A stretch of 64,000 nucleotides of DNA from Azolla caroliniana (GCA_043228905.1 JBHGNT010000002.1:3286001-3350000), one strand, 5' to 3'; numbered from the stretch's first letter, positions 38,450 to 52,501 are shown. Notes: generated from the sequence alone by a model not told the origin. Numbers and translations: made by a program.

Positions 38450-41150
38450 TGTGTAATCGGTTGATCTACTGTAGTAGACTATCTGGAAGCATGTACTAGA
38501 TCTTGGTGTGGAGCAGGCAAATGTAGCGTAAGCGTGAGATCTTGTGTTCTACTCGTGCTATGAGTTATATTCAATATATACAGAGATAAAGAGATATATG
38601 GCAAAGAGAAGATTTTGCATTAATCACCACCATCATTGTACATGGAGGAATGCCTCATATTTATACATGAGATGACTCACTTAGCCTTAACTCCAAGGAA
38701 TGTTCACACTACGAAATACAATGGTAGGCGTAGGACTTTTAGCCCAACAAACTCCTTGTAAAAGGACTACTCTAGTTGATACAAGAATTCAGGAGGAATC
38801 TCCCCCTAAGCCTAAGAACAATCTAATTAGAGATACAAGCTATGCGATGGTCTTTGAATCGGGAGTAGTTAGAGAAGGTATGTCGAGTCGGGTCAAGTCG
38901 GTTTTCGGTTGGCTCTATTGGCCCGATCCTTGGTGCTCTATTGGCTTGGTCAGTATGGTGCTCGATTCGGTCTTTCAGCCCTTCTGTCGATTTAGCTCTT
39001 GGAATTTAGGCTATGCGGCTTTATGACCCTTTTGGCCCTTCGATCCTTTGATCCTTCAATTCGTATACTTCTCCTACTTCCTTTGATTTGGCTATCTGAT
39101 TTTGCTTGCTTTTTGTAGTCCCATTTGTCCTCTTAGTGCTCTGAAGCGATGATCTAGGAGTGATTTGGTCATGCAATCGGTGATGTTCACCTTAGTGTCA
39201 ATCACTCGGATTTTGAGCTTCTTGTCAGAGATGAGCTCCCGAATGTGATGATACCTCACCTCTATGTGCTTTGTCTTTGCATGGAAGATTGGATTCCACA
39301 CGAGGTGTATTTGTCTCTATGAGTCACAATGCAGGGTTGGAGTGATGTGGACAATTCGGCTCATGGTCGAAAAAACTGTCGTTGGTCGTTGTAGCCAGAT
39401 AGCTTCATTTGCTAATTCAGATGTTGCTATGTACTCGGCCTCTATTGTGGAGAGAGCCTTACACTCTTGGAGTTCGACCTCCATGAAATCGCTCTGCCTA
39501 CATAGGTGAACACATATCCTAAAGTTGCCTTCCGATTGTCAGGGTTTTTGGCATAGTCGGAGTCGGTGTAGCCTTCGACCTCGGTCGGATCTCCCAAACT
39601 AAATGTCAGTAAAGTTACATATCCTCTGTTCTTTGAAGGTAGCGGAGTATGTTCTTGATGGCTTCCTAATGCTTCTTCTCTAGGTTTGACATGTACTAAC
39701 TAGTAGCACCTATGCCATAAGCAAGATCGGGTCGGGTGGCTACCATCGTGTGTATTTAACTTCTTCCTACCGATGCATAGGGGATCTTTCTCATTTGCTC
39801 TTTCTCTACCTCTATGGTGGGAGATTCTCTTATCGATTGTTGGATCGACGTCAGGAATGGAGTCAGTGTGGGTTTCTACGTGTCCATGTTGAACCGCTTC
39901 AATACCTTTCGGATATACTCAGTTTGGGAGAGTCATACAATGTGTCGCTTTATCCTCATGCCTAGAATATCCCACTCTCTTCTTCGACATGTCTCACTCT
40001 ATCCTCATTCCCATACTGTGTCACGCTTCTCCAAGTTCCTTCATAATAAAAAATTCGTGAATTCCCCACTTCAATTCCTGGATCTCTACTCTATCATGTA
40101 TAGGATCAGGTATATCCGGGACTCATCAGATATGTCTCGTATGTACATGCATGGGTCGAAGTTGGATTGGACAGTATTTGACTTGTTGGATATGGGAGTC
40201 CAACTTGTCATAGCACATTTGCGGTGCTTGCCTCAATCCGTAAAGGCTCTTCTTCAATCGACATATGAGGTGACCATCCTCCCCCATCTCCGTGAAGCCT
40301 ACTGGTTGTGACATGTAAATTTGTCTTCATTCAAATCTATGTGTAGAAATGTCGGCTTAACGTCCATTTGTTCTAGCTCTAGGTCTTCGGTCACGATGAC
40401 TCCTAATAGGAGCCGAAATTTCATCAGCTTGACTACTGGAGAGAAAATCACTTCATAGTCAATGCCATGTTCTTGCTTAAAGCCTTTCGTGACGAGCCGA
40501 GATTTGTACTTGGGTTGTTCCGAACCTGACACATATTTGTATTCAAACACCCATTTGCATGGTTGCGGCTTTTATCCTCTCTTAGTGGAACCAATTCCCA
40601 TGTGTCATTCTCCTTGATCGGGTCCATCTCAGATTTCATGGCTTTTTGCCATGTGTCTGCATCCACACAGCTATTGCTTCTTCATAAGTGCACGATACAC
40701 TTGCATCCGTGTAGTAGACATAGTCCAAAATCCTGGTTTGTAGAATTCTGTCAGCTTTCGGACTCGTCCTGATCCCCTTGGTGCTGATATAGTTGGTTCA
40801 TCTTCTTCGGCCAATGCGGTTGTCCAGTCGGCATGTTGTGAACCCCTATTGAATGGAGAATCTGATCTTGATGAAGGTCCGCTAGTGCAATTTCCTTGCA
40901 TTTGGTGTTGGATCTCCCCCTACCTCGGGAGTATTTAGCAGACTCCTTTCGGTGAGGGAACCATGAGGATCGTGTTTTTCTACCAATTCGGATTGGTCAG
41001 TTGGCATGCTACTTGGAGTGCTCTCTATGAGTGCTGGTTCGGCCATGTTGCTCGAATCACTAGCCATTTCGGATACAACATATGGCATTTTAGCCTCTGA
41101 GTCATTCAGAGAGTGATTGAAACTAACTCTCTTGTTGGTCTAGGGTTGCG
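38450..41150 (-). mobile_element. Ty1/copia element C, 5'-truncated (linker, RT, RNase H, PPT, LTR remnant)
   Basis: WQKAMKSEM, KYKSRLVTKGFKQ, LKKSLYGLRQAP, NPIFHAKTKHIEVRYH; PPT complement AATCTCCCCCT ~38797; LTR limits approximate. Confidence 0.9.
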
Positions 41151-41345
41151 TTCAAACTACTCTACTAATAGTACATATCCATAAAATATGGTAAACCGAT
41201 TCAATGGGAGAACCACCACTATCACATTTTAAATCATGACAATGCCCCCGCATCCATGACTTCACAGGAATGCCATAATGTATCAACAACCATCTAAGTG
41301 TGCTCTTTCCCTCCACCATCATACCTCCATTCATAACCATAGTAT
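41150..41345 (-). mobile_element. Short LINE zf-RVT fragment, same family as 60576-61517
   Basis: LRWLLIHYGIPVKSWMRGHCHDLKCD..HILWIC. Confidence 0.85.
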
Positions 41346-41635
41346 ATGACTGCACATCCGATTTCAGAAGCATGAATAGTTGTGCATTCTTACCATGGCT
41401 TGCTAAGGCTTTTGTTTTAGCCCGAGTTACCTTCTAGAATACTACAACCCATCCATATGACCATCCTCAAGAGATATCGTAGTTTTACTCTCTTCATCAA
41501 TACAGAAGGATACATATGCATAAGTTGTGGCTAGGAAATTCTAGAAAGGATTCAAGATTGTTGGGCAAATCACTAAGTCTAAGAAAGTAACGATGGAGGA
41601 GAAGAGGATGAAAGGTAAACAACTTTTGTTAGCCT

Positions 41636-42468
41636 ATGGATAATTTTCGTATTGTCTCATGGAATGTTCAAGGATTGGGTGGTGCACAAGCACAGAAATT
41701 TAAGGCTAGACTTAGGCAAAACTTGCATAAAAGCTTTATGCGATCTGTAGATATGGTTTTTTTACAAGAACATCATTTGAGTCCATCAAGGGTGGATTCG
41801 TATGGATCCTTATTCAGTGGTTCTTCACCCATTTTTGGAGTCCTACTATTGGCGAATCCTACAATAAAGCTAGTGTGTGTATAGCATTAGCCCAAAAATG
41901 GTCCTCTCAAGTGATTGACTATAGGATTTTAGAGGAAGGAAGAGTGCAAGTTATTATTGTAGAAATCCAAAATTTACAATTGGGTTTTATAAATGTATAT
42001 GCTCATAATGCATCATCAGATAGAAGGAGGTTGTGGTCCTACTGGTGTGATACTTTGCCACATGTGGATCATTGGTGTATGGTTGGAGATTTTAATATGA
42101 TTGAGGATATATGGTTCGGAGTTAAGCTTTTGGAAGAGGTTTTGTTTTAAGTAGGATACTTGGTACTCTTCTTCCTTTAGCAAACATGTTGAATCCTTGC
42201 AATTCTCTAGATTAGATAGACGGTTGTTGGGTACTAATCTAGCTCAATTAGACAGATTCTATGTTGATGACTTCTTTCTAACGTTAGGAGGTTCATTACA
42301 AATATTAACTAGGACAACTTTCTCAGATCACTCACCTCTTATTGTTACTTTGAAAAAAGGGGGAAAATGGAAGGCCTTTAGGACAACTATACCTTCCTCT
42401 GTGTATGATGATGTTGACATTAGACGAGATGTTTTAGCGCTCTACACTAACTCCCAAAACATATTCCT
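41636..42468 (+). mobile_element. LINE ORF2 AP-endonuclease fragment
   Basis: SWNVQGLG, FLQEHH, NVYA, GDFN, LDRFYV, SDH. Confidence 0.9.
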
Positions 42469-42649
42469 ATGTGGAATATCTTTCCAACGGCCTCGCGGTT
42501 TACACACCGCTACGGCTTCTCGTTACACACCGGTTTGTGTACCGGTTTACACACCCGTTTTACGCACTGGTCTGACCTAACCGATCGGCCCCAACCAATC
42601 CAGTTCTCGGCTTGCACAACCGATCCAGCCAATGTTGAGCTTGTATCTC

Positions 42650-42975
42650 AACAATATTGGCTCTTTAGAGTGGCTACAATTTCACTCCATATCTCTTGCA
42701 GTACCCTTCTTGGATGTGCGGTTTGGTTGGAGAAGACTCGCCTACATCGTTGTTTCCATAGAATCCAAAAAGTTATTGGGCTGACCAATTCCAACACCTC
42801 TTGAGATTTGTCATTAAGAGGAGTGGAGTGGACATTGCCGTTGGAGGAGAAAAAGACCTCTTCTGCTTTTATCACCAAAGTCATCCCCTCCTGATGCTCG
42901 TATCTGCCAATGGTGGTCTGCCATGATAGCCAACATATATTTCCCGACTTGATTGCGCCTTGCACCTGGCATAAT
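42650..42975 (-). mobile_element. LINE ORF2 C-terminal fragment, direct repeat of ~43755-44075
   Basis: Clear nucleotide similarity; ITFWILWKQRCRRVF motif. Confidence 0.9.
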
Positions 42976-43545
42976 TGCTTTTATAGAGTACACATTACAC
43001 ACATATATCATTATACACACAATTATATGCAATTGCATATATGTATACATACATACCAAGCACAAAAAATATACATATATAAATAAATTACATATTATAT
43101 ATACATACACATACACATACAAATTAATACATAAGATTACATATTATATGTATTACAAATTTTCACACATACAAACAAGTTACATATATTATATTATATA
43201 TATGTATGTATATATACATACACACACACACAGAGACACACACATGCACGCACACACACACACATAAATAAATTAGATATTACATATCATATAATCCATA
43301 CATATTAACAATAAACAAATTTACATACACATACATACATACATTACATATATACATATGTAGATATATTACATATGCACATACATATTCCACACATCAC
43401 CATATATATAGATTATACGAAACCATGTAAACTTACACATACATATATACACACACATTAGATATATGTATACTTACACATACATCGGATATATACATGC
43501 ATATTACATACATACATCCATAGAATGAACCATATGTATCATATT
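42975..43545. repeat. Degenerate (TA)n/(CA)n microsatellite block
   Basis: Direct inspection. Confidence 0.95.
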
Positions 43546-46500
43546 TTTTATTTTTTTATTTCGAAAAAAAAACTCTTTCCATTAGTTATAAAATTTTACA
43601 AATGAGACGATTATGTACAAATCCTTGAAGGGACGCGATAGTTCCATCTTATGTGGATGCCCACTGACTCAAGAAAGGGAGAGGACGGCCATTGTTGGAT
43701 TAAGGCAATAATTGTCTTTCAACTCCCTCGGAGCCGCCCCTAAGGCCATCATATTGGCTCTTCAAAGTGGCAACAATTTCACTCTATATCTCTTGTAGTA
43801 ACCTTGTTAGATGTGCGGTTTGGTTGGAGAAGACTCACCTACATCGTTGTTTCCATAGAATCCAAAGAGTTATTGGGCTGACCAATTCCAATACCTCTTG
43901 AGATTTGTCATTAAGAGGAGTGGAGTAGACATTGCCATTGGAGGAGACAAAGACCTCTTGTGCTTTTATCACTAAATTCATCCCCTCCTCCTGAGGCTCT
44001 TATCTGCCAATTGCGGCCTGCCATGATAGCCAACATATATTTCCCCACTTGATTGAGCCTTGCACTTGGCATAATTGCAACAAGCGGCTAACCCCCCGCC
44101 ATATTCAATGGGACGTTGGGCAGTCCCACAGAGCGTGTTGTATTGATTCTGTTGCATGTGGGCACTCTACACAATTAGGAGAGCTAAGGTTCCCACGTTG
44201 CCATGCTCCCACCGGTAGGGACTTAAAACTTGGTGATTATTGTGGGAGGAACTTAAAATGTGTGCCAGACCTTCGCAGCAGCCGGCTCTCGGGCGGTTTG
44301 AGCAGCTAGAATGTGGCGACCCAATCTAGTTGTGAATTGGAAGAAAGGGATGGGTTTGCTTCCTTGCCCTGTGTAGGGATCACACCATGTCCATTTCAAA
44401 GGGTCCCAACTGACCTTACGTAGCCATGTGTTTTCATGAGTATATATCTGCCAATCAGGTTGTACTTTGATCAGATCAAGATCTACAATCCATTTATGAC
44501 CAGTATACGCGGGTACTCGAACTGCGTTATTCTGTGTTGGTGTCTCAGTGTCTTGCAATTCAGAGCCTTCAAGTCTGTCTGGTGGTCCCCTACCTCTCGG
44601 GATCAGAGATCACTCCTCCTCATGGCCTATCCATTTCTCCATTGTCGTCCTTTGAGTAGCAAATTCCCTAATCAGTAGTGTTAATGATTTCCGATCTCAT
44701 AGTCCATCTACCCTTGATTCCATGGAGTATGTTCGCCTGCTCTTGTAGTGGCAGTGACATAAACTGTCGCCAACATTCTATACTTTTTCCTGGACCTTCT
44801 GCAATGTATCCCCATGACAACCCCTTACGTGATCCCAGTAGTTGATTAGATTCATCCTTGATACATGGGTTCCATAGGATACGTTGATTGAGCCAGGAAG
44901 GTTCAGATCTCGGTTGGTCACACTTGAGCCCTCGACGAATGTCACACCATGCCTTCCACATGGATGCACTAAATCTATCCTCCAATTGGCGGGAGAAACT
45001 AGGTTTGAGATCCATGTTTAGAATCCATCCCGTTTGGGGGGCCCAATTGACCCCTTTTCATGGCCTAAAGTAAGCGAAACGTAACCTCAATAGCATTTTC
45101 CAACAGTCATTTCCTAGTTGGAGTCCTCGCACCACAAATTTGGCAAGGATTTGGATTCTGAAAGGGGATCAATAAGATCCAATCCCCCTCTCGACTTTGG
45201 CACTATGAGTATAGGCCACGCCACCTTGGTGCGAGCTACCTGGTCTTCCTTACGAGACCAAATGTAGTTGCGGACCAGTCGTTGAATCTGATGTATACTT
45301 TCCTTGGAGATTGTCCAGCATGATAGACTGTACCATGTTGTTGCGAGTAGTACCTGATTTGCCACTATGATGCGACCCGCTAGCAACAGTTTTTTCGAGC
45401 TACAATGTATCAACTTTTGTCGAATGGAATGGATAACAAGTGCAATCATAGTCTTTGGCGGTATGTTGAAACCAATTTGGAAACCCAAATATTTGGTGCT
45501 CGCTCTTTGATTGATCCATTTGAAAGTGGGATGTGGGTGTCACGCCGGATGTGTTTCCTGAGAGAGCCATATTGCGCAGGATTTGTGTCAATTGATCATG
45601 GCATTGGATCTCTTGCAAAATACAACTAGCCCACTTTCTAGCTTTTGGAGGTTTTCCAAGTCCCCTTGTAGGTAGACTGTTGTGTCATCTGCAAATTCTA
45701 TATCCAAGATGCTTTGGTGAGAATGAGGTACGAGAAGACCACATATGTTGAGATGTTGTGAGTTGAGAAAGAAAGAGAGTGGTTCGACGTATAATAGGAA
45801 TAAGGATGGAGCTAGTGGGCATCCCTGCCGTACAGATCGGGATATTCAGAAAAACGGGGCCCTTTCACCTGCTAGTGAAACGCAATTGTTGCCATTCCTA
45901 TAAAGTCCTGCAATGCCTTTGATCCATGTCTCTTGAAATCCGAGTTTCCCCATCACACTTTCTAAAAAGTTCCAGCATACCCTGTCATATGCTTTCTCAA
46001 AATCTAGTAGCACCACTACTACCTTGTTGTTGGTATTCTTGGCAAGGGCTACTGCTTCCTAGAATGAGAAGTGGTTGTCTAGGATGCTCCGATTTCTAAC
46101 GAAACCTGTCTAGGACGGATGAATGAGTTGAGGGAGAAGAGGTGTTAAACGGCGTGCCACGATTTTTGTGAGTAACTTATAGACAGTATTGAGAAGAGTT
46201 ATGGGTTGCCACTTGCTAATGTCGTTGGCATGCCCACCACTTTTAGGAATGAGATGTATCATCCCTTGTCCAAATTCCTCCGGCATGCTTCCAGAGGTGA
46301 TGATCTCCTCATATGCCTGGAGGAGGTCTTCTTTAATAGTGTCCCAAAGGCATGTGAAAAAGTGTGGGGTGAGGCCATCGATTCCGGGGCAACTATCGGC
46401 ATCTAAATCAGTGAGGGCCTCCCATATCTCAATGATTGATAGGGGATGCACGAGCCATGTATTGATTTCCGGTGTGACTTTCTCGGGTATGCTTTGGAGG

Positions 46501-48890
46501 ATAATCTTCTCTTATGTCTTCCCCTGTAGCTATAACGTCTTTGGTAAGTAGGCGGTTATAATAACTTGTGGCAATATTCCTCATTTCGTCGCCATCCTCA
46601 ATGGTCGTTCCATCCTCTCGGTTGAGGCTGCGCATCACAGTTCTAGTGTGCCTCGGGCCTTTGGAGCAGAAGAATTCCTTCGTGGTTTTGTCCCCTACTC
46701 AAATCCATTGCGTCATGCTTCCATGAAACTCCAAGTCATATATTTCCTTTTCCGCCATGCTAAGTTCATGTTTGGACGTGGCGACTTGTCCTGCAATCGA
46801 AATACATGACGGGTATCTCTGTTGGAGTCGTTGTAAGGCTATTAGTCCCCATTTTGTCCTCTGTCTCTTCTCCTGAGCATCCTTGCTTCTGGTCTTGACA
46901 ATCTCATGTACGAGAGTAGAAGCTCTTGTTAATTTAGCTAGAAGTTTGTTAGAGGCTAATGAGCCATTGACGGGTAATGACCATTGGTTGGATAGTTGGT
47001 CCTTCACGTCTATAAGTGTGTAGATAGTGTGTGGGATGCAAGTCTGGAATGGTTCCCATTTTCGGTGCAATTGAAAATGACCAGCTGCCGGGTAATGGTC
47101 AGAGAAAATCGTGTCTGGAGTTATGCGACACCACCCTCCCTTCGCTTCTAGAGCCTCCCCCACATAAATGCGGTCAATGCAAGATAGGGTGGGTCCACTA
47201 TTCCGCCCGTCTGATTGGGAGAATAGGAGAGAATCCCTTTTTCGTTGGAAGTTGTCAGAATGCCAGATGTCTCGCAGGTTAAGGTGGACACATAGCTTCT
47301 CTCATTGTTTACGTTCCCTTCCTTGTAGAACTATGGGGTTGTTATTGGAGCTATCATGAATGGATTCAATCATATTAAAATCCCCTCCAATGCACCACTC
47401 TTCCGCACCTACTACTTGTAAGCGGATGTGGTCCCAGATTGTTGCCCTTTCTGTTCTGTGATTTGGAGCATAAACATTCATGAAGTTCCATCGTTGCCCT
47501 TGGATGGCCAACGTGCAAAAATGTGCCCTACTAGGTATAAATGATTCCTGGTGTATTAAGCCTTGGGCTAGATGTTCCCGAATCAAAGTGCAAATACCAC
47601 CATGATTTCCATCCTCCCCAATTTCTGGCTCCCAAATCGTTCGCCATGATCCTGGTAGAAGGTCTCCAACTTCCTTTAATTGCGTGCTATCGAGGTGGTG
47701 TTCCTGCAACATGATGATGTCAGCACCACTCCCTAGTAAATATTCTTCAAGATCCCTTCTCAGTTTCCATCTGTTTTGCTGGTCTAGTCTACTATTGAGC
47801 CCTTGCACGTTCCATGTTATAATCTTCATACTCATGGAATGGGGTGGGAGATTGCCAGTTGTTCCTGGTGCTTTGCACAACAGGTCGTGAGTGGGGAGCA
47901 CTCACCATTTAGACATTCAGTCATTTCCAGGGAAAGAATAGTGGTCCACATCCATAAGTGGAGTTTGTGGGCTATCCTGTTAGCTTCTCATAGAAAAAGA
48001 AAAAGCTTGGAATTAGTTGGGCGTCTATGATAGTCCGCAGGTGGATGTGGCAAAGATGAGGTTCCTCTTCATCCATGGTGCACCAGAATTCAGTGTTATG
48101 CCAATGCTGCTTTCATTCGTTCATGAGCTGTTCATCTCTTATTTTTGCTACAAAGCATGCTGCTTGGCTACATAACGCATCTTTAATCTTGGATTTCGAC
48201 CAATCTTCCTATGTCGGAAGTAAGAGTGGAAAGGAGATTGAGGTCATCGGAACTCCATTATTGTGTACCGCTGATACATGTACCCTTATTTTTTCCACTA
48301 CCTTGACCCTTATACCTAGCCATTTAAAGGCGTTTTGCGGGTGTGGTTCAAGGTCTTGGCTAGAGGAAGCACACTCATTTGTGTCCGGGGAGACTATGAT
48401 CTGAGGCGTGACATTCAAACTTCTGCCTTGGTTTGTGGCTTTTGTATTGGGTGTCATTCCACTCAAGCTCTGTATTAAGGTCTTAACATGACTTATTCTT
48501 CTTTGCTTCCCTGTTTTGTAAGCTTTAACGAGAACTTTCTCTTGTGTGCTTGGTGTCACCTTAGGCTATTCCTTGGGGCTTAAGAAAGAACTAGGGGAAT
48601 GCTCATGCGTGGGGGGGATCTCTTGTAGTAGATCAAATCGATTGGGGCCCATAGGCGATGGAGGATTTTGTGTCGGTGAAGTTTTTTGAAGGACATGGGT
48701 TTTTTCCACCACTCGCCATTCTATCACAGCCTTGTCGTGTCATGGTGGGGGAGGCTTCTGATGTCTTATGGTGTCCTAACATGCGGATAGAGGGAGGGCC
48801 TAGGTGCTTCTTTAGCCTGTCCGCTAGCGTTAGTTCCTCATCCAGCATCATACCAACGGAGTTGCCAATAGTAGGAAGTAGAATATGATT
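43545..48890 (-). mobile_element. Near full-length L1/Tx1-like LINE (ORF1 remnant, ORF2 APE-RT-zf, A-rich tail), decayed
   Basis: ITWNVQGLN..LQEHH..NVYAP..GDFN; SDH; CPGIDG; WQPITLLNTVYK; DFEKAYDRV; RQGCPLAP; FADD; tail complement TTTTTTATTTTTTT at ~43545. Confidence 0.95.
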
Positions 48891-49107
48891 CTATGACACA
48901 TAGTTCATGTGTAGAGAGTAGTGGTGTGACTCTTGACCTTTCAGTAATCATGGATTCTCAAAAGGTGTGTTCACATGTTGTGTTATGTTGAGGTTGATTC
49001 TCAACACCTCCCCTTCTTTACACTCTCGTTTAACCCTCACACTTTATCCACGTGTATAAAATACTACGGTAAATTCTCAGTACGGGATATTATATGGTCA
49101 TGCCCGT

Positions 49108-50148
49108 TGTCATGGTGTTGCATGTGCACTATGAGAAAAAGCAAGCTTCCACGCACATCATATGAAATAATATATAAATGAAAATAATAATTATAATTAT
49201 AAATAACTTGTAGTAGCTTAGTGGTTAAGGCTTATAAATATATAGAGAGAGGTGTAAAGTTTGAGTCTCTTTTGCTACAAATCAAAGAGTATCTTGGTCC
49301 CCTTCTATTTTAGTGATCAAGGGAAAAAAACAAAGAAGCACGAATGTTAAAATAGGTGCCTCTTTCCTCTATAAGAGGGGAGGAATAGGGCTTAGTATGG
49401 GGTCGCCCATTTTGCCTTAGGGGTGTACTAGTAGGGTTTCATCTTCTCCTCCTCTTCTTCGTGGGTTAGGGTTTTGTAGCCTCCCTTTCTCCTTATCCTT
49501 TTTTCCTTCTTCTTTTTCTTGTAGGGTTAGGGTTTGAGAGCTTCTTCTTTCTACTTTTCTATCTTTCTCCTCAACATATTAGAGAAGCCGAGGTTTAGGG
49601 TTTTTATGTTCCTTATGAGCGTTTAGGGTTCTTCTTTGTTATGAGTTTTAGGGTTGTGAGTTTTGCATCTACTTGTGAGTTAGGGTTTGGGTTTGGGTTC
49701 CTTATACGATGACTTCTTCAACATCTCGATGGTGGTCAACTCAGTGGCTAGTTGCGGAAGGGAGGTTGTAGTGGCACGAGAGCTACTCCGAATTGAGGCA
49801 ACATAGCCGTCGGAAGTAGTCGAGCTCAGAGCCCACTAGACTCGCCTTCATCAGATTATTTTCAGCCCCTTGTGTGTTGATTAGCTGTTTTTGAATAATG
49901 ATGAAACTATTTCTATGTAAAAGAATCACCTAAATCGTGATATCTAACCTAACCGTTGTACAAACCCTAATTTCTGCAACATAACTCTTGTATATTTTTG
50001 TCTACATTTCTCCCTAACCTCATGCGTTTCTCCTTAAACATTTGCTAATCGTGGTGGCGAATCTCCCACTTCCTCACCCCTTGCGTCTCCCCGATCCAAG
50101 GCCCCGGCTGTCCTGTTCAAGCGACACACGTACGGAAACTTAGCGACA
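49108..50148 (+). mobile_element. Solo-LTR-like element T3, distant relative of T1/T2, with 4-bp TSD and sense tRNA-derived cassette
   Basis: TGTCA...CGACA; TSD CCGT/CTGT; 5' end TGTCATGGTGT..GTGCACTATGAGAAAAA parallels T1 TGTCGTAGTGT..GTACACTACGTGAAAAA; CTATAAG TATA-like at ~49370. Confidence 0.8.
49208..49280 (+). promoter_or_regulatory. tRNA-derived cassette in T3
   Basis: Stem TTGTAGTA/TGCTACAA; A box TAGCTTAGTGGTTAAGGC; GAGGT..AAGTTTGAGTC B-box-like. Confidence 0.65.
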
Positions 50149-50519
50149 CTGTAACACTTCATTAGACTTGAGAAGGTTGTTTCTCGAGAAAATGACGGAT
50201 ATGCATTAACCAAAGTTCTATGACATGATGCACTAGAGCATTGTTGTCGTTTGATACGAATTACTTAGTTCTTCAAGTTACACTATTTGTCTTATGTATA
50301 TTGTGTAACATGTTCATCAAGTGGAAGGTTCTGGTTTCTTTTTTCTTTTTTTCCCAAAACTAGGTTCAGGTTTTGTACAATCTTCCTATCAATTTTGCCG
50401 ATACTTTTAGCCTATGGTGGGAGATTTATATATATGTAGTGTGAAAGCCCAAAACTATAAATCACACTAACATTAGGACGTATATAGGTCAAGATGTGAT
50501 GAAAGGGCCTTCTCTTTCT

Positions 50520-50920
50520 TTCTTTTTTGAAAGAAAAAGATACTTCCCATTAGTTAGGTAAAGTGTCTTTACAAAAGAAATGTAATCATATACAATCAAC
50601 ACTTTCTATCTACAACATTACCCCAGTATGTGTGTATCATCCTACAAAATTTCGGAAAAATACCATGTACCTTCCTGGTCGGGCTGCTAGGGAGGATATA
50701 ACCATTTTGGTGTGGTGTAAGTTGTAACACCACTTTGGCACACCATTTAAATAGTCCACCAAGGGTGAATCTGACATAATTGTTGAAAGGACGGTCTTAG
50801 AGCTTCCACCGTGTCTAAATATCCTTGCAACTCTTAATATTGAGCTGGTATATTCGTTATTAGATCATACCATAGACCAGTGATTGTCTCCTTTGGTCGA
50901 CTTTCGTCTCCCAAGAGACA
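50520..50920 (-). mobile_element. LINE 3' end fragment
   Basis: Minus strand KVHGIF-like C-terminus, then CTAATGGGAAG, T-run and A-rich tail. Confidence 0.55.
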
Positions 50921-52052
50921 TACTTTCAAAGGGCATTTTTATGCCGCCAAAATTTTAGTGTGATCTTTGCATTTCGCTTCTTTTTCTCTGTTGTGGAATT
51001 TTCTGCTCCAGGTGGAAAAACAGCTTTTGGTGCCTTCTTCCTCGCCCCAACAATATATAACTGGTGGATGAGAAGTTTGTTTGTTACGATGCCAAATTTA
51101 TGGAGTAGGTTAAGTCCCAGAACTAGTAATCGTGTGGTAAGATGGAGGAAGGGCACAATAGTCCACTTACACGATTAGGATTAGGAACGGTTAATACGTG
51201 AGAATCACAACAACTATTTTGAATGTTACGTTGAGGTCCCATCCATATTCAAGAAACAAAACACATGAGAAGGTGTTGGGGTTATTTTATGATTCTGTAA
51301 GTTATTAAATTATTTGTTGTTGAAGGAAAGGGCTGTTTGAGCCGATGTCGTCTCACTTTCGAACTTATTACGTCAATATTTGTAAAAGTACATGTTGTTT
51401 GATTTAACCATCATTAAATTTGGGAATTAAGTTGTACTACTATTCATTCTGCTATTAATGGACCAGGGAAATGTTTCCGAAACTATCATGGGAAGTACTT
51501 GGTAACAATTTTCACTGTTGTCTGAAATTGTGTTCAGATCTGTGATAATACATAAAATAAATAATGGATGGGCGTGCGTGCGTGCGTGAATCTTTGTTTG
51601 TGTGGGGAGGGAAGGGTTGAGTCCATTAATAAATATTACATATAGGAGGATGATCCCATAAGGTATTGATTGATGTCATGACCTGCCAGTTATTGGTTAC
51701 TTAAAAATCGTTTCTTTCTTTCTCCCTCCTTCACGAATCACAATGGTGAGGTGGGATACCCTATTTCTATTCTAATATGTATATGTATATGTACGCCACA
51801 GACAACTTGTGATGGATGCCCACTCTTGATTTGTCACCATAAATCTTGTTGTGTTTGAAGATCATTTTTATTTACTAAAAAGAGCTACATAGACACAGAC
51901 AGCTATAGATAGTGTTTGCAGGACTGGAATTTACATAAGTCATTATATATAATGAGAAACTTACATATGGATGGATGGATATACCCTGGGAGGGAAACAA
52001 AGGTGAAGAAGGGAGGAGGAAGGTTTGATTAGATAGATGATTATGATTATGA

Positions 52053-52325
52053 TTAGATGGGCTGGCTAGCAGCAGCAGCTAGCCATTGGTTGAATGTGTG
52101 AAGGGTGTTCACGGTAGAACGATGTACACATTGGGTGAAGTAAAGAAAGTTGGCCCATGTGAAGTCGCGGTAAACGCGCGGGTGAGACTCGTCCACCAGT
52201 TCCGCGGGTGGTGACAGCAAAAGGTTGAGGCCTGGGTTGAAGAAAAACGCGATGGACCCCCTCTCCTCATGCCTGTTCACCAATGCCCTGTGCAAACAGC
52301 TCTTGTAGCGTCCGTTGCTCAGGGC
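52053..52325 (-). CDS. GA20ox: Gibberellin 20-oxidase-like 2-oxoglutarate/Fe(II) dioxygenase, last exon
   Basis: CAG acceptor, then ALSNGRYKSCLHRALVN..RGSIAFF.NP..PPAELVD..PRVYRDFTW..FTQ; 273 nt to TAA. Confidence 0.9.
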   Translation of the reverse strand, partial: ALSNGRYKSCLHRALVNRHEERGSIAFFFNPGLNLLLSPPAELVDESHPRVYRDFTWANFLYFTQCVHRSTVNTLHTFNQWLAAAASQPI

Positions 52326-52461
52326 CTGTCGTAGTCAGTCAGTCAGTCAGTTAGTTAGTTAGTTTAGGTATGAAAGAGAGAAACGATTTTCAGAACTCAC
52401 ATACATACATACATACATGATACATATATACAGATGTACATAGAGAAGAGAAGAGAAGAGA

Positions 52462-52501
<40 letters not shown>

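Larger units (their letters stand above)
49007..50156 (-). mobile_element. 5' ~105 bp of a G1-family LTR, split by element T3
   Basis: 49007-49107 is the reverse complement of ~11228-11328; the terminal AACA resumes at 50153-50156. Confidence 0.85.

Noticed and set aside
42814-43267. ORFs rich in Y, I, H, T
   Set aside because: Translations of TA/CA microsatellite
49430-49700. Interstitial telomere
   Set aside because: TTAGGGTTT motifs are dispersed, not tandem, and lie inside element T3
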